Positions 37,066 through 50,756 of a DNA stretch of 64,000 nucleotides are shown one piece after another; position 1 is the first letter of the stretch; each line of letters begins with the position of its first letter. The notes under the pieces were generated by a model. That model was given only the letters and a program-made list of their open reading frames with translations, searched no databases and was not told the DNA's origin. The position numbers and the translations under genes were made by a program. The DNA comes from Parasitella parasitica NRRL 2501 (taxonomy: Eukaryota; Fungi; Mucoromycota). The stretch is taken from NCBI GenBank assembly GCA_025201805.1, contig MU619378.1, positions 18,555 to 82,554 on the forward strand, read 5' to 3'.

Positions 37066-39025
37066 CCAGGCTTGATGAGAAGAGAACAGCTGCACTTCTT
37101 CCTACTTCCTCCTGGATGGCCACATATTACTTATTCAATACGTTGGAGTGGTGGTTATTATCTTTTGCGTTTCTTCAAAAGCCCCCTTAAGCCAATTCAT
37201 TTTCTAATTTTGATGGGATTGTCTTTACATGAGAGTTCCTCAGTTGTATCTATGTTTGAGGAATAATTTATACTTCAAGGCCGCCATTTAGCATACACAT
37301 TTATGATAATTAGTTATCAATAATTTACAAAATACTATTAAAACCTAAAATTATGATGGTTTTCATTTCACAATCTCGATTGCAATAAAAGTCGATTTAA
37401 AGGGATTTATAGGTAGTTTATAAATATGTTTCAAAGATATTACGGCAACAAGATTGTATTTTGAAACTTATCTTTGGATAACCACAAAATCTTTTGTATT
37501 GGCTTTACAATATTCATATTGATGACTAGAAAGCCTTATTAATCACCCAAATTCTTTCACTTCAAAACCATAAATCATGCCTTCACAATAAAACAAAAAT
37601 GGGTTAGACTTTCGAAAATTTTTATTGGAAACACCAATTCTTTGTATTTTCAAACTTGATGCACGGTATGTAGCGTGCCCCTGAAGTAAATGTCAGGGTA
37701 TATCCAGAATATATTTTTATAAAATAGAAATCTCAAATGCCAAAAGGTACTTTTTCACAAATAGTACATGAATCGGCGTTGAGATAACACTGCGCATTCA
37801 ACATGTAAGCTGTGTCGATGTCGTATTCTAATGCATAGCTGCATAACATTGTATACATGCGTAGTAGGGGGAAAGAGAAAATTGGTGAAAACCCGAATTT
37901 AAGGTTTTCTAATGTTTTAAAGTGGATGTAACGTTCCTCAAATATTTTAAAGCTTATAAATAAACAAATATAAAACACTTGGTACTTGATGAGACTATAT
38001 TATAGAATTATTTATTGACGAGGACCTACTGATCTGACGTGAATAAACTAGCTATGTAGACGAATTCCGGAATGCCGGGATCGCATGGTTCTAGTTTCAA
38101 GTATCTGAATAAACATATAAATAGTTATTTGCCTATTGCCATGTACGACCATCATAGCTATTAGGTCATTTTATCAAGATGTATGCATTACAGAATACGT
38201 AGTAAGGATATAGGAGGCTCATGTTTTGAAGATTGTGAACATTTTTTTGGGACATGGTACGATGGAGTATCTTCTTCCGGCCAACAAAAAAAAAGAGCAG
38301 CATTAATATTGTGATGGATAAAAGTTTATCTTTTCTGCTTGAAACCTGGTATTATATGAAGGGAATTTAGCGTTTTAGGCAGGCTACATTTTCTAATCAT
38401 AAACGAGCTACTGTCTCTCTCTCTCGTTAATAACGATTTTGCACGTATGCAACAACTAAACCACATCATTATCGTATCTATTATTATCTTCAAACTGTGC
38501 TCAAACATTTCTCAAAAAAAAATATTTACGCTGAGTCATTGGTGAGATTGCTCCTAGGCATCTTCGGAGACTTCCAGTTGCAGGGTAACACTGTTTTTAA
38601 GCACTGTTTTTGGTGGGGGTAAAACATGCACAAATAAATCAAATGGGGGTGTAACAAACGAGATAAGTGTTCTTGTTTTTCTCTGTCTTGCCTTCCGTTA
38701 TTTACCAAGTGTTACACTGAATTTTTGAAAGGGTTCATAACTGCAATTTGTCTCTTTTTTTCTGTTTTTCTTCTCTATCCCTTTTTACAAAAAAAAAACT
38801 CTTTTTTTTTCTGCTGAGGCGCGATTTCTTAGTGAACGCTCCTCTTTTCAAAACGGTAAGATTTGCTTGTGTGTGGACGATGCTCTCAACAAAACTAACA
38901 TGACAAACAGTTTTCAAATCTCCTTTCTTCCACCCATAACCCACATAAAGGCTTACGGCGGTGCAGTGATCGACCCAAAAAATCAAGTTAATATCACATC
39001 TCAACAAACTCCAGATTCACTTCAA

Positions 39026-40676
39026 ATGGCTCCTCCTAACGCTGATCTTTCTCATTCCGCAAACACTGCTGCTTCCAGCGGTAGCGTCCCCTCTCCCTTG
39101 TTCAAGGTGAGCTCTCCCAATGTTCAATACACTGACGAGCACATCCTGTCCAAGTACTCTTACTTCAACACTCTGGTTACTAAACAAGCTGATGGCACCA
39201 TGATCGCTGAACCTACTGAAACCGTCTACGAATTCAAAACTGAGCGCACTGTTCCCCGTGTTGGGTAAGTAAGGTGATATTTCTCGAGCTATATGTCATA
39301 TTGATTTGATATGTCCTAGTATGATGATGGTTGGTTGGGGAGGCAACAACGGCTCTACATTAACTGCTTCCATCTTGGCACACAAGAACAAATTGACTTG
39401 GCGTACCAAGTCTGGTGTTCATAAGCCCAATTACTTTGGCTCTGTCACCCAATCTTCTACTGTCCGTTTGGGCGTCGATGATCAAGGTGCTGATGTTCAT
39501 GTTCCTTTGAGCCAAATGCTGCCTCTTGTCAATCCTACTGATTTCGTTCTCGGCGGTTGGGATATCTCTGGTAAAAATTTGGCCGAATCCATGGAGCGTG
39601 CCAAGGTTTTAGCTTATGATCTTCAACGTCAAGTCACTGATGAGATGTCCAAGATGACTCCTCTGCCCTCCATTTACTATCCTGATTTCATTGCTGCCAA
39701 CCAAGAAGATCGTGCTGATAACTTGATCCCCGGTAATGATAAGCGTGCTCATGTCGATCATATCCGCAAGGATATCCGTGATTTCAAGGCTGCCAATGAC
39801 CTCGATAAAGTCATTGTTATTTGGACCGCCAATACTGAGCGTTTTGCTGAGCTCATCGAAGGTGTTAATGACACTGCTGATAATTTCTTGGCTGCTGTTG
39901 AGAACTCTCATCCTGAAATTGCTCCTTCTTCCATCTTTGCTCTTGCCTGCATTGAAGAGGGCGCTCCGTTCATCAACGGTTCTCCCCAAAACACTTTTGT
40001 TTCTGGTTTGATTCAATTAGCTGAGCGTCATAAGGCATTTATCGGTGGCGATGATTTCAAGTCTGGCCAAACCAAGATGAAGTCTGCTCTTGTTGATTTC
40101 CTTGTCAATGCCGGTATCAAGCCTGTCGCCATCACTTCTTACAATCATTTGGGTAACAACGACGGAAAGAACTTGTCTTCTCATAGACAATTCAGATCCA
40201 AGGAGATCTCCAAATCTACCGTTGTAGATGATATGGTCGCTGCCAATGACTTGTTGTATGGCAAAGATGAACACCCCGACCACACTGTTGTTATCAAGTA
40301 TGTACCTTCTGTTGGTGACTCTAAACGTGCTCTTGATGAATATGAATGCGATATCTTTATGGGTGGTCGTCAATCCATCAGCATGTACAATATTTGCGAA
40401 GATTCCTTGTTGGCCTCCCCTCTCATCATCGATTTGGTCATCATGACTGAATTGATGACTCGTTTGCAATACAAGACTGGCGATATGACCAAGTATAGCA
40501 CCTTTCACAGTGTCTTGAGTATTTTGAGTTACATGCTGAAGGCTCCTATGGTCTCTCCTGGAGCTCCTGTCGTCAACGCTTTGAGCAGACAACGTACTGC
40601 TATTGAAAATATCTTCAGAGCTGCTGTGGGTCTGTCTGCCAACAATGAAATGGGCTTGGAGCACAAGGTTTGGTAA
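39026..40676 (+). CDS. INO1: Myo-inositol-1-phosphate synthase; intron ~39265-39319
   Basis: [55 protein letters not shown]. Confidence 0.98.
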
Positions 40677-43398
40677 TTTTCATCGGACAGGATGATGTCG
40701 TTGTCCTTTGGATACAAAAACCGCCCCCCCTAATGTCAATTCTATAAAAATAAAACTCGTTTTCATTTTTGTATGCATATACCGTTTCTATTCATGGTCC
40801 CTATTTAGAAAAAGGCCAAACAAGAGAAAGAATCGAAAGACATGGATACCGTCGGTACAGTGCGTCTGACAAAGTTTGTCTATTTTGAGAGAATAGATGA
40901 GGTTGGCTTGAAATAATAGAACAACACCTTCTGCATCACGTTCTGCGTCCCCGAAATAGGAATTACCATCAGCGAGAATAAAAGAAAATTCGTACGAATG
41001 ACACACTGCCTTGTAAGAAAACCTTGAAAATAGATAGAATTACTAGTTGCTTTGTTCGAAACATTGCGAAAGATGAGCGACAGTTACAATGAGTAATGAA
41101 TAATCATGAACAAAGCTGTTTCTTACTTTTATTGTTTAACGCACTGTAATACATGTCTTTATTTTCCAAACTTTTGTTCTCTTTTCTGGCCGCAAGCCAA
41201 GGAAGAGAAATGTATAGTAGTAGATATTATGCAGAGGTATAAAAATGACAAGGGGTTATTACAGCAAAACATTGTCTTCATTAATTATCCTCTTCTGCTT
41301 CCAAACTCAATGAGCCAGAACTGTTTGATCATAATACTATGAAGAAATGTGTACCTATGGCATCAAAAACACTTACTTTATAGAGCTGTGTCATGTACTA
41401 GAATTAATAATAACGTGATACCGTCTCCAGATAGATATTTTTTTACAGCTTAAAAGCAAAAACTTTAGCTTTGTGCGCCATCTTTTGACTGATTTTCATA
41501 ATCAAAAGTGCCCTGAAAACACCAGAAATAGTATCCATTGGGAAAAAACTATATTATATATGATTTTGGTGCAAGTTGAGCATGATTTTTTTTTCGATGC
41601 AAAATGACGGATTTTTTCGATTTTTTCCTTGTATCCACACATCTGAAATCATCGATTACGCATTATCCTCAATTTTGACCTCAAAAATACAACTTTTTAT
41701 TATAGCATATATTAGAGGAAAATGATCGTAAAAGGTCATTCCTTGATCTAAGAGACTGGAAATGCGCTCTGATTAAGCAAAATATTGACTTTTTCCTCTT
41801 AATCTGTTTTAGAGGTTTTCTCAACAGAACTAATTCCATAATCTTACGGGAATTGTGAAATTACACCATCGTGTAGAGCGCCCAAAAATACAGCTATTAT
41901 CATAAACTGACAGCCGTGGTATGCATAGTATTCGAGGATGATATCTTGCCTCAAAGGAGTAATTTTGTTTTCGAAATGTCCAAATGGAGTTTCTGAAAGA
42001 ATTTTTCCTTCCTGATTTTGGATGCGTTTAATCTCCGCTATCAAAGGAAAATGGTAGTTTTTTTAAAGAAAGCATTAGCTTTGAGAAGCCAAAGCTTACC
42101 CGGTTCAAAAAAACAATTGCAAACTAGTTTATTTAAATAGTATGCTTCTTAATTTTCTAATGGTAGTACTTGCATGTCTGTGCCTGGCCTGACGATCTCA
42201 CGCTCCGATTTTGAAAAACACTTTTCCGAAAAAAAGTTAGAAAAGTCGCTACCTTCATCTAAGCTATGCAAATATGTAATCAAAAGGTTTCTTATAGTCT
42301 AACGCATTATTTTAAATTACTTGTTTTTGTGTTTGAAATCGCTAAACATTTTTTTCTTAAAGTTTTTGTCTTTTTTCTAACAATAACACACTGAAGTCCG
42401 CGTAGACCAAAAAAAAAGCAGACACCTAAAATCTACATACTTTTGAACCATTCCAATATTTTAGAAAAGATGGCTAGATTGAAATCTGAGGTTAGCAAAT
42501 CGCAGGCACATATTACATTTTTTTACAGTGCCATATCGCATTGATCAACCAACTTCAAATCGCATCGTTTCAGAAGAAAACATACTGCAGCACTTTTGAA
42601 ACCCTTACGGCATACGAAGCACAGTTTCTTGTGTAAATCAGTCGAAATAAGATCCTTTGTCTTTCAGGATAATAAAGGCCTGCACCATTTGTATTATTAA
42701 ATCGGCCAAATATTCTAGGCTCTATACCATACATTGACTATTTCTGCAAATGAGTTGATTGAGCTACATCTTATATTCTTCGAGAATAAAAGAAAAATAC
42801 GGTTACCTTCCGTGCCTAAGGCAATCTTAGTTGCCTACGTTTCGGCCTCTAATGTGGTAAATGCTCTTTTAGGCGCACCTTATTTTCGTAATATTTGAAT
42901 AACGATAAGCGAAAATTATATCTTTCAAACTTCATAAATACTCTCTCTCTCTCTTTTTTTTTAACAGGAATGGGTTGACCACCAAAGTAGATGCTAATGG
43001 CGTTACCACATTTTTGCTCAACACTTCGGCAGCATTTTGATTTTAACTCAACAAATTCAACATTTCGTTCAAAACCATGCAGTTTCAGACTCACTTGCAC
43101 AACAAAATTAGTTTGTTAGATGGATTTTAATGCTCCAGGGTTTGCTTAGTTAGTGTTATTTCATACTAATTTAATCCATTACATGCAGTATCATTTTCCA
43201 GGATACAATCTACTCTTGTTGCTACTATTAAATGCGTAACTATCACTTGCTCAAGAAAAAGCGATCAATTATAATATATTACGTATCAAAGGAGAAAGTT
43301 TTAAACCCCAATAATGCTTCAAAACAATCATATCGTTTGGGATTGTGCGATTCAATCCCATGTCATCATGTATTGCAAAACCGGAGCACATCGACAAC

Positions 43399-43407
43399 TA
43401 TATAAAA
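43399..43407 (+). promoter_or_regulatory. Putative TATA box of the choice-of-anchor-A gene
   Basis: TATATAAAA ~65 bp upstream of ATG 43470. Confidence 0.45.
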
Positions 43408-43469
43408 GTGCCTCTAATACATACCATTTCACTCCTAAGCGTTTTTCTTTTACTTGTTATTCAAAGATA

Positions 43470-46207
43470 ATGGTACAAAATAGTTTGATCTTGTCTGCTA
43501 TAGCTTTATTGGGCATGTCCCATATGATGCTTGGTGGTATTGAAGCTGCTCCCTCTGCCGATGCTGCTCGTCAATTGTTTGGCAAAATTTACAACTCACA
43601 CCACCTTTATAAAGATAACATTGTCCTACTCAAAGAGGGACACAAGACCAATTCTACACATGCTGGCAACTACACTTGTCCTATTGACATGGGAAACAAC
43701 ACTGTTGACGCTGTAAGTAGTTCTTGATCACCAGCTGCTCATATACGCATATATTGACCTTTTTATATTCACAGTTTAATCATTTCCAAGGCATCTTCTT
43801 TGGTGACTATGCTAATCACTTCAATGGCTCTAATGTAGAAGGCCCTTTGGCTGTAGGTGGTGATTTTACTGGTTCCAACTTTGTCATCAACTCGCTTGCA
43901 AACACCTCTATTTGCAACACAGAAACCAGTAACTCTACAGTTGCTGCTAACAGCACTGCCAATGCTTTTGAAAACTATGGTATGGTCCTCGGTGGTGTTC
44001 CTATCGCTCAAAATGTTTCTGTGAATGGTGATGTTTTCATTGCCAATGGCACCAACATTGGTATTACTACCACTGGCGCTCCTTGCCAACTTGAGTTCAA
44101 CAATAAAACTGGTGCTTTGGACTTTGATTTACTCAAAGAAGCTGCCAACAATGCTTCTGCCTATTTAGCTAACATCCCTCCCAACATGATCTTGAACAAA
44201 GAGGGCAATTTGAGGCCCACTGATATCAACAATCAAACCTCTTTTACTACGCTCAAGTTTGATTCTTGCACTCAAATTGGCAATTGTGGCGTTGAAGACA
44301 AAGAGGCTTCTGATCCTACCAAGATCTTCTTTGGCAACGGTAACTGGACTGGTCCTGAAGGCAATGAAACCTACCCTACTCATAACCCTGTTGTATTTAA
44401 CGTAAGTATCTCTTGTTATCTGTAAACGTATAGATAATATTTACTCAATTGTCACACGTCTGCATAGATTCCTGTCACCTCCGGCACTACTTTGGTCCTT
44501 AATTCTACTAATCCTGGTGCCAATCTGACCGCCTGTAATACCATCTATCACGCATATCCCGTAGATACTGAAGGAAACTTCCAAGCTAACGGTACTTTCT
44601 CGGTTAACCGTGAAACAAAAGAATATCTTCCTGGTCTTTTCTTGGCCCCTCGTGGTAAGGTGGATAGTATTTACCACTAAGTGATGTTAAACTAAAGTGA
44701 TGCCATTATAGGTACCATTATAGATGGTTTCAAGGGTGGCTTCGAAGGCCAAGTCATTGCCCTGGGTTATACTTGGAGTACTGAAGATGGACCTGTTATG
44801 AAGTCTTCCGAATGCCCAAATAGAGAATGTTTCCCTTTCAAGGTTCTTAATGAAACCACCGTTGACAACTCCACTACTACCGTTAAAACTAAAACCAAGC
44901 TCTCCACTGCTGCCCCTATGTATACTTCTGGTATTGCATCAGCTTCATCTTTTATGGTAAGCACAGCCTTCCCTACAAATTTTGCGAGTGCTGCATCTCC
45001 TGCCCCATCCGTTTCAGAATCGGTTCTCTCTACAGCTATTGAAACCGCAGCTTCTTCTGCTGGTGCATCTGCTATGTATTCATCCATGTTAACCGCTCTT
45101 GAGTCTTCTACTGCATCCTCTGCTGTTTCATCTGTTGAAGTACCAGTATCTTCTTTTTTGACTGCGGCTACTGAGAGAGCTGCTTCGTCCGCTGCTTCTT
45201 TTGTTCGCACATCTGTTGAGACTACTTCCACTGGAGAAACCGCCTCATCCATGAAAACTGCAGTTGCCTCTACTGCTTCAGCCTTCGAATCATCAGCTTT
45301 CGAATCATCCCAAGCCTCTACCAGCGATACTTCAGCTTCCATCGAGACTGTAGCTTCATCTGCTACCTCATCTGTTTATGAATCTGCTTGGGCTACCTCC
45401 ACCGAAGAGATTACTTTGTCTATGGAAACTGAAATTTCGTCTACTGCCTCATCTTTTGAACCATCAACCTTTGAATCGGCACAAGTTTCTGCTACTGACG
45501 CCACTACTTCAATTGAAACTGCTATTTCGTCTGCTGCTTCATCTGCCTATGAGTCTGCCTATGAGTCTGCTCAAATGACTAGTACTGACGTTGTACCTCC
45601 AGTTGTTGCTACTGCAACCAACGTTGCTTCATCTGACGAAAATGCCAAGACTACTATTCTCCTCAGCTCTACTGCTTCAAATGAAAAAACAAATTCAGCT
45701 GCTGAATCCATCACCACTGTTATCGTCGTACCCAGTGCTACAGCTAGTGAAACCTCTTCTCTTGCATCCGCTTCAGATAAAGCTACTGTTGCCACAACTC
45801 GTGACAGCACTGCTACTAGTTTCACCAAGTCTGCCACCAAATCTTCTTCAAAGAACTCTGATGCTACCAAGAAGCCCAAGACATCTGCAGTAACCTCCAC
45901 CACCAACAATGCCAAGACAAAGACTAAGGATGCTACCACAACTACTACCAAAGACAAGACCAAGACTTCCTCTTCTGATAAACCTACCATTACTTCTACT
46001 AAGAAGGATAAGACAAAGACCAAAGATTACGAAGTTTTTACTACTACAAAACTCAAGGTCAAGACTAAGACTAACAAGCATGATGAAGTCAAGACCAAGA
46101 CCAAGACTAAGGTCAAAACTACTACCATCTGGCATAACGACGAGGATGAAGATGATGAAGACGATGAAGACGATGAAGATGACGAAGATGATGAAGATGA
46201 CGAGTAA
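43470..46207 (+). CDS. Secreted choice-of-anchor A (adhesin-like) domain protein with S/T-rich stalk, K/T block and acidic tail; 4 exons
   Basis: Signal peptide MVQNSLILSAIALLG..IEAA; FQGIFFGD....SNVEGPLAVGGDF, VVFN|IP, PGLFLAPR|G, GGFEGQVIA; many N-X-S/T sites. Confidence 0.75.
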
Positions 46208-46580
46208 ACACATCATCTCATCATATAATCTTACTAAATTACTGCTAATCATATATTTTAGTTTTCTTTAACATAAGTATAAACGAATAAATCATTCACG
46301 CTTGTAATCGACAGAGAACAAGTATGTTTTTAATTGTAAATCTACTTTTTATTTACGTACAGTGTTTGTCTGGTAAATGCCTTTCAGAACCACCATATAT
46401 GAATCAAAAACATGAAATCTTGCATTAGAGGAGGCCAAGACTTGTAGAATGCATTGGAGCCACCCTTGAAGCACGAAATGTCTCGATTTCATTGGTCTTG
46501 TAGTAGTGTTCCAGGCCGTCACATTGCGTATAAAGGCAACAATTTGAAAAATATTCTATCAACTCTTTACATTCAATAAC

Positions 46581-48753
46581 ATGTCTTCACTAACATCACT
46601 TGGCGTCAGTAAGTATTAAGTTTAGATCAAAGTCTGCCATGTAGCTGAATTATTCTGCTGGATTTTATTAGACAAAAACAAGAAACTATTTGCTCCAAAA
46701 CTGAGTAAACGTAAAGATCGCAATGATCGTAAACCAAATGCGACAAAGGGTACTGTGGATGTTTCTCCAAAAACAGATCCTCCTCAACCTGCAATAGCTG
46801 GAAAATCATCTAGAATACAAGGAATAGATACAGCTATCCCGTCAGTAGCAAAAGCAGCAAGGTCTATGGCGGCAAGAACAGTGGATTCATCCTTAACCGC
46901 CGTAAAACTTCAACCAATGTCTGCCACAGTGGATTCTACAGAGAAAGGATCCGCCTCAGTTGACACCAAAAATGAGCCGTTGACAGAAGAAGAGTTAGCC
47001 ATCAATGCATCTGCAGCGAGCCGAAAAAGAAGACGTCCTTCCTATGAAGAGCCCGTCCCAACAAATACTCCTTCTCCAATGTCTGCCATAGATAAACCAG
47101 ATTGTACCTTTGAGAAACACAGACAAGATGTCCTTCCCTTTTTAAAGGTTGAACGAATGACACCGGACACAAAAAAGAGATTATATGACATTACTGAAGA
47201 GCCTCAACAACCCACCGATGACACTGCAACATCAGAAGACTTGGTTCCCATCAGAAAAGAAAGTGTAGCTCCAAAGATTGACTTGGACGATGATAACATA
47301 GATTATTCAGACTTGCTGGCGAGTGGAGAAGACGATGATGTCGACGTTGATGGTGATGTTCATGTGGAAAGACTTATGCCGGTATATATTGACGTTGGCA
47401 CTCCGTCTTCAAAGGAACCAAAAAAAAGACTAGCATTAAAGCGACTGTTACCACGATCATCAAAATCTAGCGCAAATGTAAAGTTAAAGGCTGCCAGGTA
47501 CTCTTCGGACCAAGATGAAAGTGATCAGTTGGATGAGGATAAGGATAAGGAGGAGGAGAAGGAGGAGGATGAAGTGGGGGATAAAGAGAAAAAAGAGCAG
47601 CCCAAGCCAGCTCCAAAAAAGAGAATGATCCAGCCGTTAAAGGTGAAAAGAAAAAGCATAGCAAAAGAAAAACCAGTGGCCAAGAAGAAATCAACACCCA
47701 GCAGCAAAGGCGCAAAGAAAGGAGGAGCAACAGCAGTTTCTATCGGGATTAATATACCTACGGCATCATCATCTACTCGTCTTGCTTCTTCTGGTGCAGC
47801 GAAATCAGACAAGACAGACCCAGGCGAGGAAGAATACTCTGAAGTGGATTCAGACGGTAAAAGAGTAGTGCGAACCAGAAAGAAGAAACAAAAAGGCGAA
47901 AAGAAATATAAATACGCATATCGCCTTGTCGAAAATATGAAAACATTAGACGATATTACAAACGATCCTACATCTGTCAATAATCTCCATAAACCCATGT
48001 CTAGTTTCACTAAGGACGTTGACGGCATTGTTTCGAAAACATTCAAAGAAATGGAAACGCAAAGAATGAGGGCTAAAAAGAAAAAGGAAGAGACAAGTAG
48101 AATGTCACAAGAAGAATTAGAGGCATTGAGAAAAAAAGAAGCTGAGGAAGAACGCATCGCAACAGAAATAAAAGAAGCTGCCAAAGCGAGAGAGGAAGAA
48201 AGGCGTAAAAAAGAACTGGAAGGAAAAGTATTAGCAGAATCATCCAATGCTTTGCAAGTGCGTATTGTCAACGGAGAAATTGTGCTCGATGCAGATTCTC
48301 TAGTTGTTGAAAGAAGAGAAGGAAGTGACGCAAATTATGGCGAGAACCCAATGGAAATTGTAGAAGAAAACTCAACAACCAAAAAGGTCAACAGTGGCAC
48401 ATATGGTAAAAGAAAGCAATCTTCTCGGTGGGACGATATGGAAACTGCATTATTTTACGACTGTCTCTCACAGTTTGGCACTGATTTTGAAATGATTGCC
48501 AACATGATCCCAGGAAGGAATCGAAGCCAGATCAGAACCAAGTTCAATCGAGAAGAAAAACTGTGCCCTGAAAAAGTTACTGAATATATGATTACAAAAA
48601 GAAAACTCATGGGTAATTAATTCTATATCTTCATAGCTTGCAATCCGCCCGCTAACTTTCTACGTGTCATTAGATTTAGATAAATACAAAGAAGTTACAG
48701 GAATCGAATTGGAAACAGTACCCGACGATTTTCATGAAATGCAGCTAGCATGA
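46581..48753 (+). CDS. BDP1: TFIIIB component B'' (Bdp1), SANT/Myb domain; 3 exons
   Basis: LQVRIVNGEIVLDADSL, VNSGTYGKR....RWDDMETALFYDCLSQFGTDFEMIANMIPGRNRSQIRTKFNREEK. Confidence 0.92.
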
Positions 48754-48834
48754 TTGCAATAAAACGAAAGACATACGTACAATGTAATATTTACAGCTGG
48801 CTTTTCTTTTTTATTATTATTATCATAATTAGCT

Positions 48835-49486
48835 TCATGATTTTGTTACCATTGCTTGAATAACACCATCTTTTTGTATCTGGATTGCTCGGTTTTTTGG
48901 CGCTGGCAGAGGCGAATCGGCATCAGTTTGTGTGGGCACAATAACGTGCTGATCAGGTAAAATCCTGCCTAAATAAATGAGTTTGACACGAGCGTTTTTT
49001 TCCAAGTGTGGTAATAACTCTTGTCGCAGTCCAGATACTGTTAAATAAGGAGGCTGCGTTGGTACTTGGAAAGTGATGTCTTGCCCATTATTTGAAAGTC
49101 GGACATATATTGGCCATGTGGAGGTAGCAGTTGCGGTTGTAGTTGTGGTAGTAGTAGCAGTAGCAGTAGCAGCGGCAGCAGCATTGGAAGATGTAACTGA
49201 AGAGCTATTATCCATTTCCCTTGAAGAAGTCTTTTCAATATTACTTTGTGAATGTAACGAGGAAGAGGCTCTTGTAATTGTAACCTCGGGCTTGTTGATT
49301 TGGACTGGGAACATACGACATTAGCATCGATTGTTTTGTGTGCAGTTTCCTCTGCTACTTACTTGGAGATGGCTGCTGTAGCTGTGTCTGTGCTCTATTA
49401 TTGCTATTAGTAGCTGCTGCTGCATTTGATATATTTAAGCCAGCTTCTCCATCGTCAGTTGCAGGTATCGAAGAACAACAACCCAT
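48835..49486 (-). CDS. Small N-acylated ubiquitin-like domain protein (UBTD-like); 2 exons
   Basis: Starts MGCCSS (myristoylation/palmitoylation-type); C-terminal IYVRLSN.GQDI...TVSGLRQEL...RVKLIYLGRILPD...VIQAMV. Confidence 0.7.
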
Positions 49487-49604
49487 GATTGAGTATTTTA
49501 TTGAAAAGAAAAATAGCAGATGCTACAGTGTGCGTGTAATTGTTTGTGTCGAAAAAGACGAGAAATTAATTTCCTTTTAGATGGTTGCTCCAGTCACATC
49601 AGCA

Positions 49605-50756
49605 TCATTCAAGGTCTTCCTCGAGCACTATTGAAAGCCCAACTTTGTTAATAATATAATGCAGCATTGTTTGTGTGTAACTTGGTTAAACATACGTTGT
49701 TGGTGGTCATCATGTGCCCTATTCACCCAATTATCCTTGCTTAATCTCTGCTTGACAAATGACGAAAACAAGACAAACTCAAATACGATAAATGAATCAA
49801 TGGAGAGCTGGATCGCACCGCATACTATAAACTGCAGAGGCGATTGTTTGTATACGAAGTAAAACAATTTAAATCCATCGCCCAAAAACTACACAATAAA
49901 TGTCCTTCTATCAGCTGAAGCCCAAGTAGTAATCCCATCACCAAATAATACAAACCCATGATGCCAAAACTAACAAGCTGAAGCCGCTGGTTGATCTCTG
50001 TTTAAAGTTGGATATGCATTGTGGTAGCGGCAATGTCGATTCAATTCCTAAACTCAATGCTCCTAAAATCTCGATAAACGCAGGATACTGTCTTAGAAGC
50101 AAATACAAAAATGCAATGAGGGTCGTAAAAGCGAGCAGACAATTGATATAATCCAGGTAATGATCCCAGGTCCAAAATGGGAGGCGCCATGATCGCCTTA
50201 ATGAGTGTCGCTGTAGCTCTAATCCATTTTCTTCCGCCCTCAAATCCTCCTCTATAGAATTCGAGCTAAAGGATGATCTTAATTCACTGTAGAGAACTGC
50301 AAAGCTTTGATCATGCTTATATCGCACTACAATTTCTAGTAAAATCAACATTGCAGCAATCATTATGATAGATTGAAGCAGCAACGTCAATTCAAATCGT
50401 TTCCCAATCCTAATCATACAATCAATATCAATAGTTTTCATTATCACACTGTTCATATATATACCAAAAGAATATTCGTAGAATGCTATAGAAAATAAAC
50501 CGGTTTCAGTAACGATTTACATACTCTATAGTGGATATACATTACTTTGCAAATAATAGAATAGCACAAGTCATCGAGTTGAAACCAACACTGGATTGCT
50601 TACGCTTTATAAGAAAGTACTACAACAAAATGACAAGTTAGAAATCATTGTTAAGGTTTTTCTCTTTGCGTAATATTCTCTTACTTGATCAATATAACCC
50701 ACAACAGGACCTATCACCATAGCCGCTGATAACGCAACTGAGGCTATATCTGACAT
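49605..50756 (-). CDS. PQ-loop repeat membrane protein (PQLC1/Any1-like); multi-exon
   Basis: MVIGPVVGYIDQ, GKRFELTLLLQS, LGIESTLPLPQCISNFKQRSTSGFS, GDGFKLFYF..KQSPLQFIVCG. Confidence 0.88.

Noticed and set aside
37140-37215. Minus-strand KMNWLKGAFEETQKIITTTPTY, faintly like a glycogen/starch synthase motif
   Set aside because: Only ~20 aa, flanked by stops, no other motifs, and adjacent to a repeat copy
39609-40664. Long antisense ORFs over INO1 (similar ones over DEP1-like, BDP1 and the adhesin gene)
   Set aside because: Expected shadows of biased codon usage or low-complexity coding sequence
41400-42400. Transposon-like AT-rich texture upstream of the adhesin gene
   Set aside because: No TIRs, TSD or transposase motifs could be located
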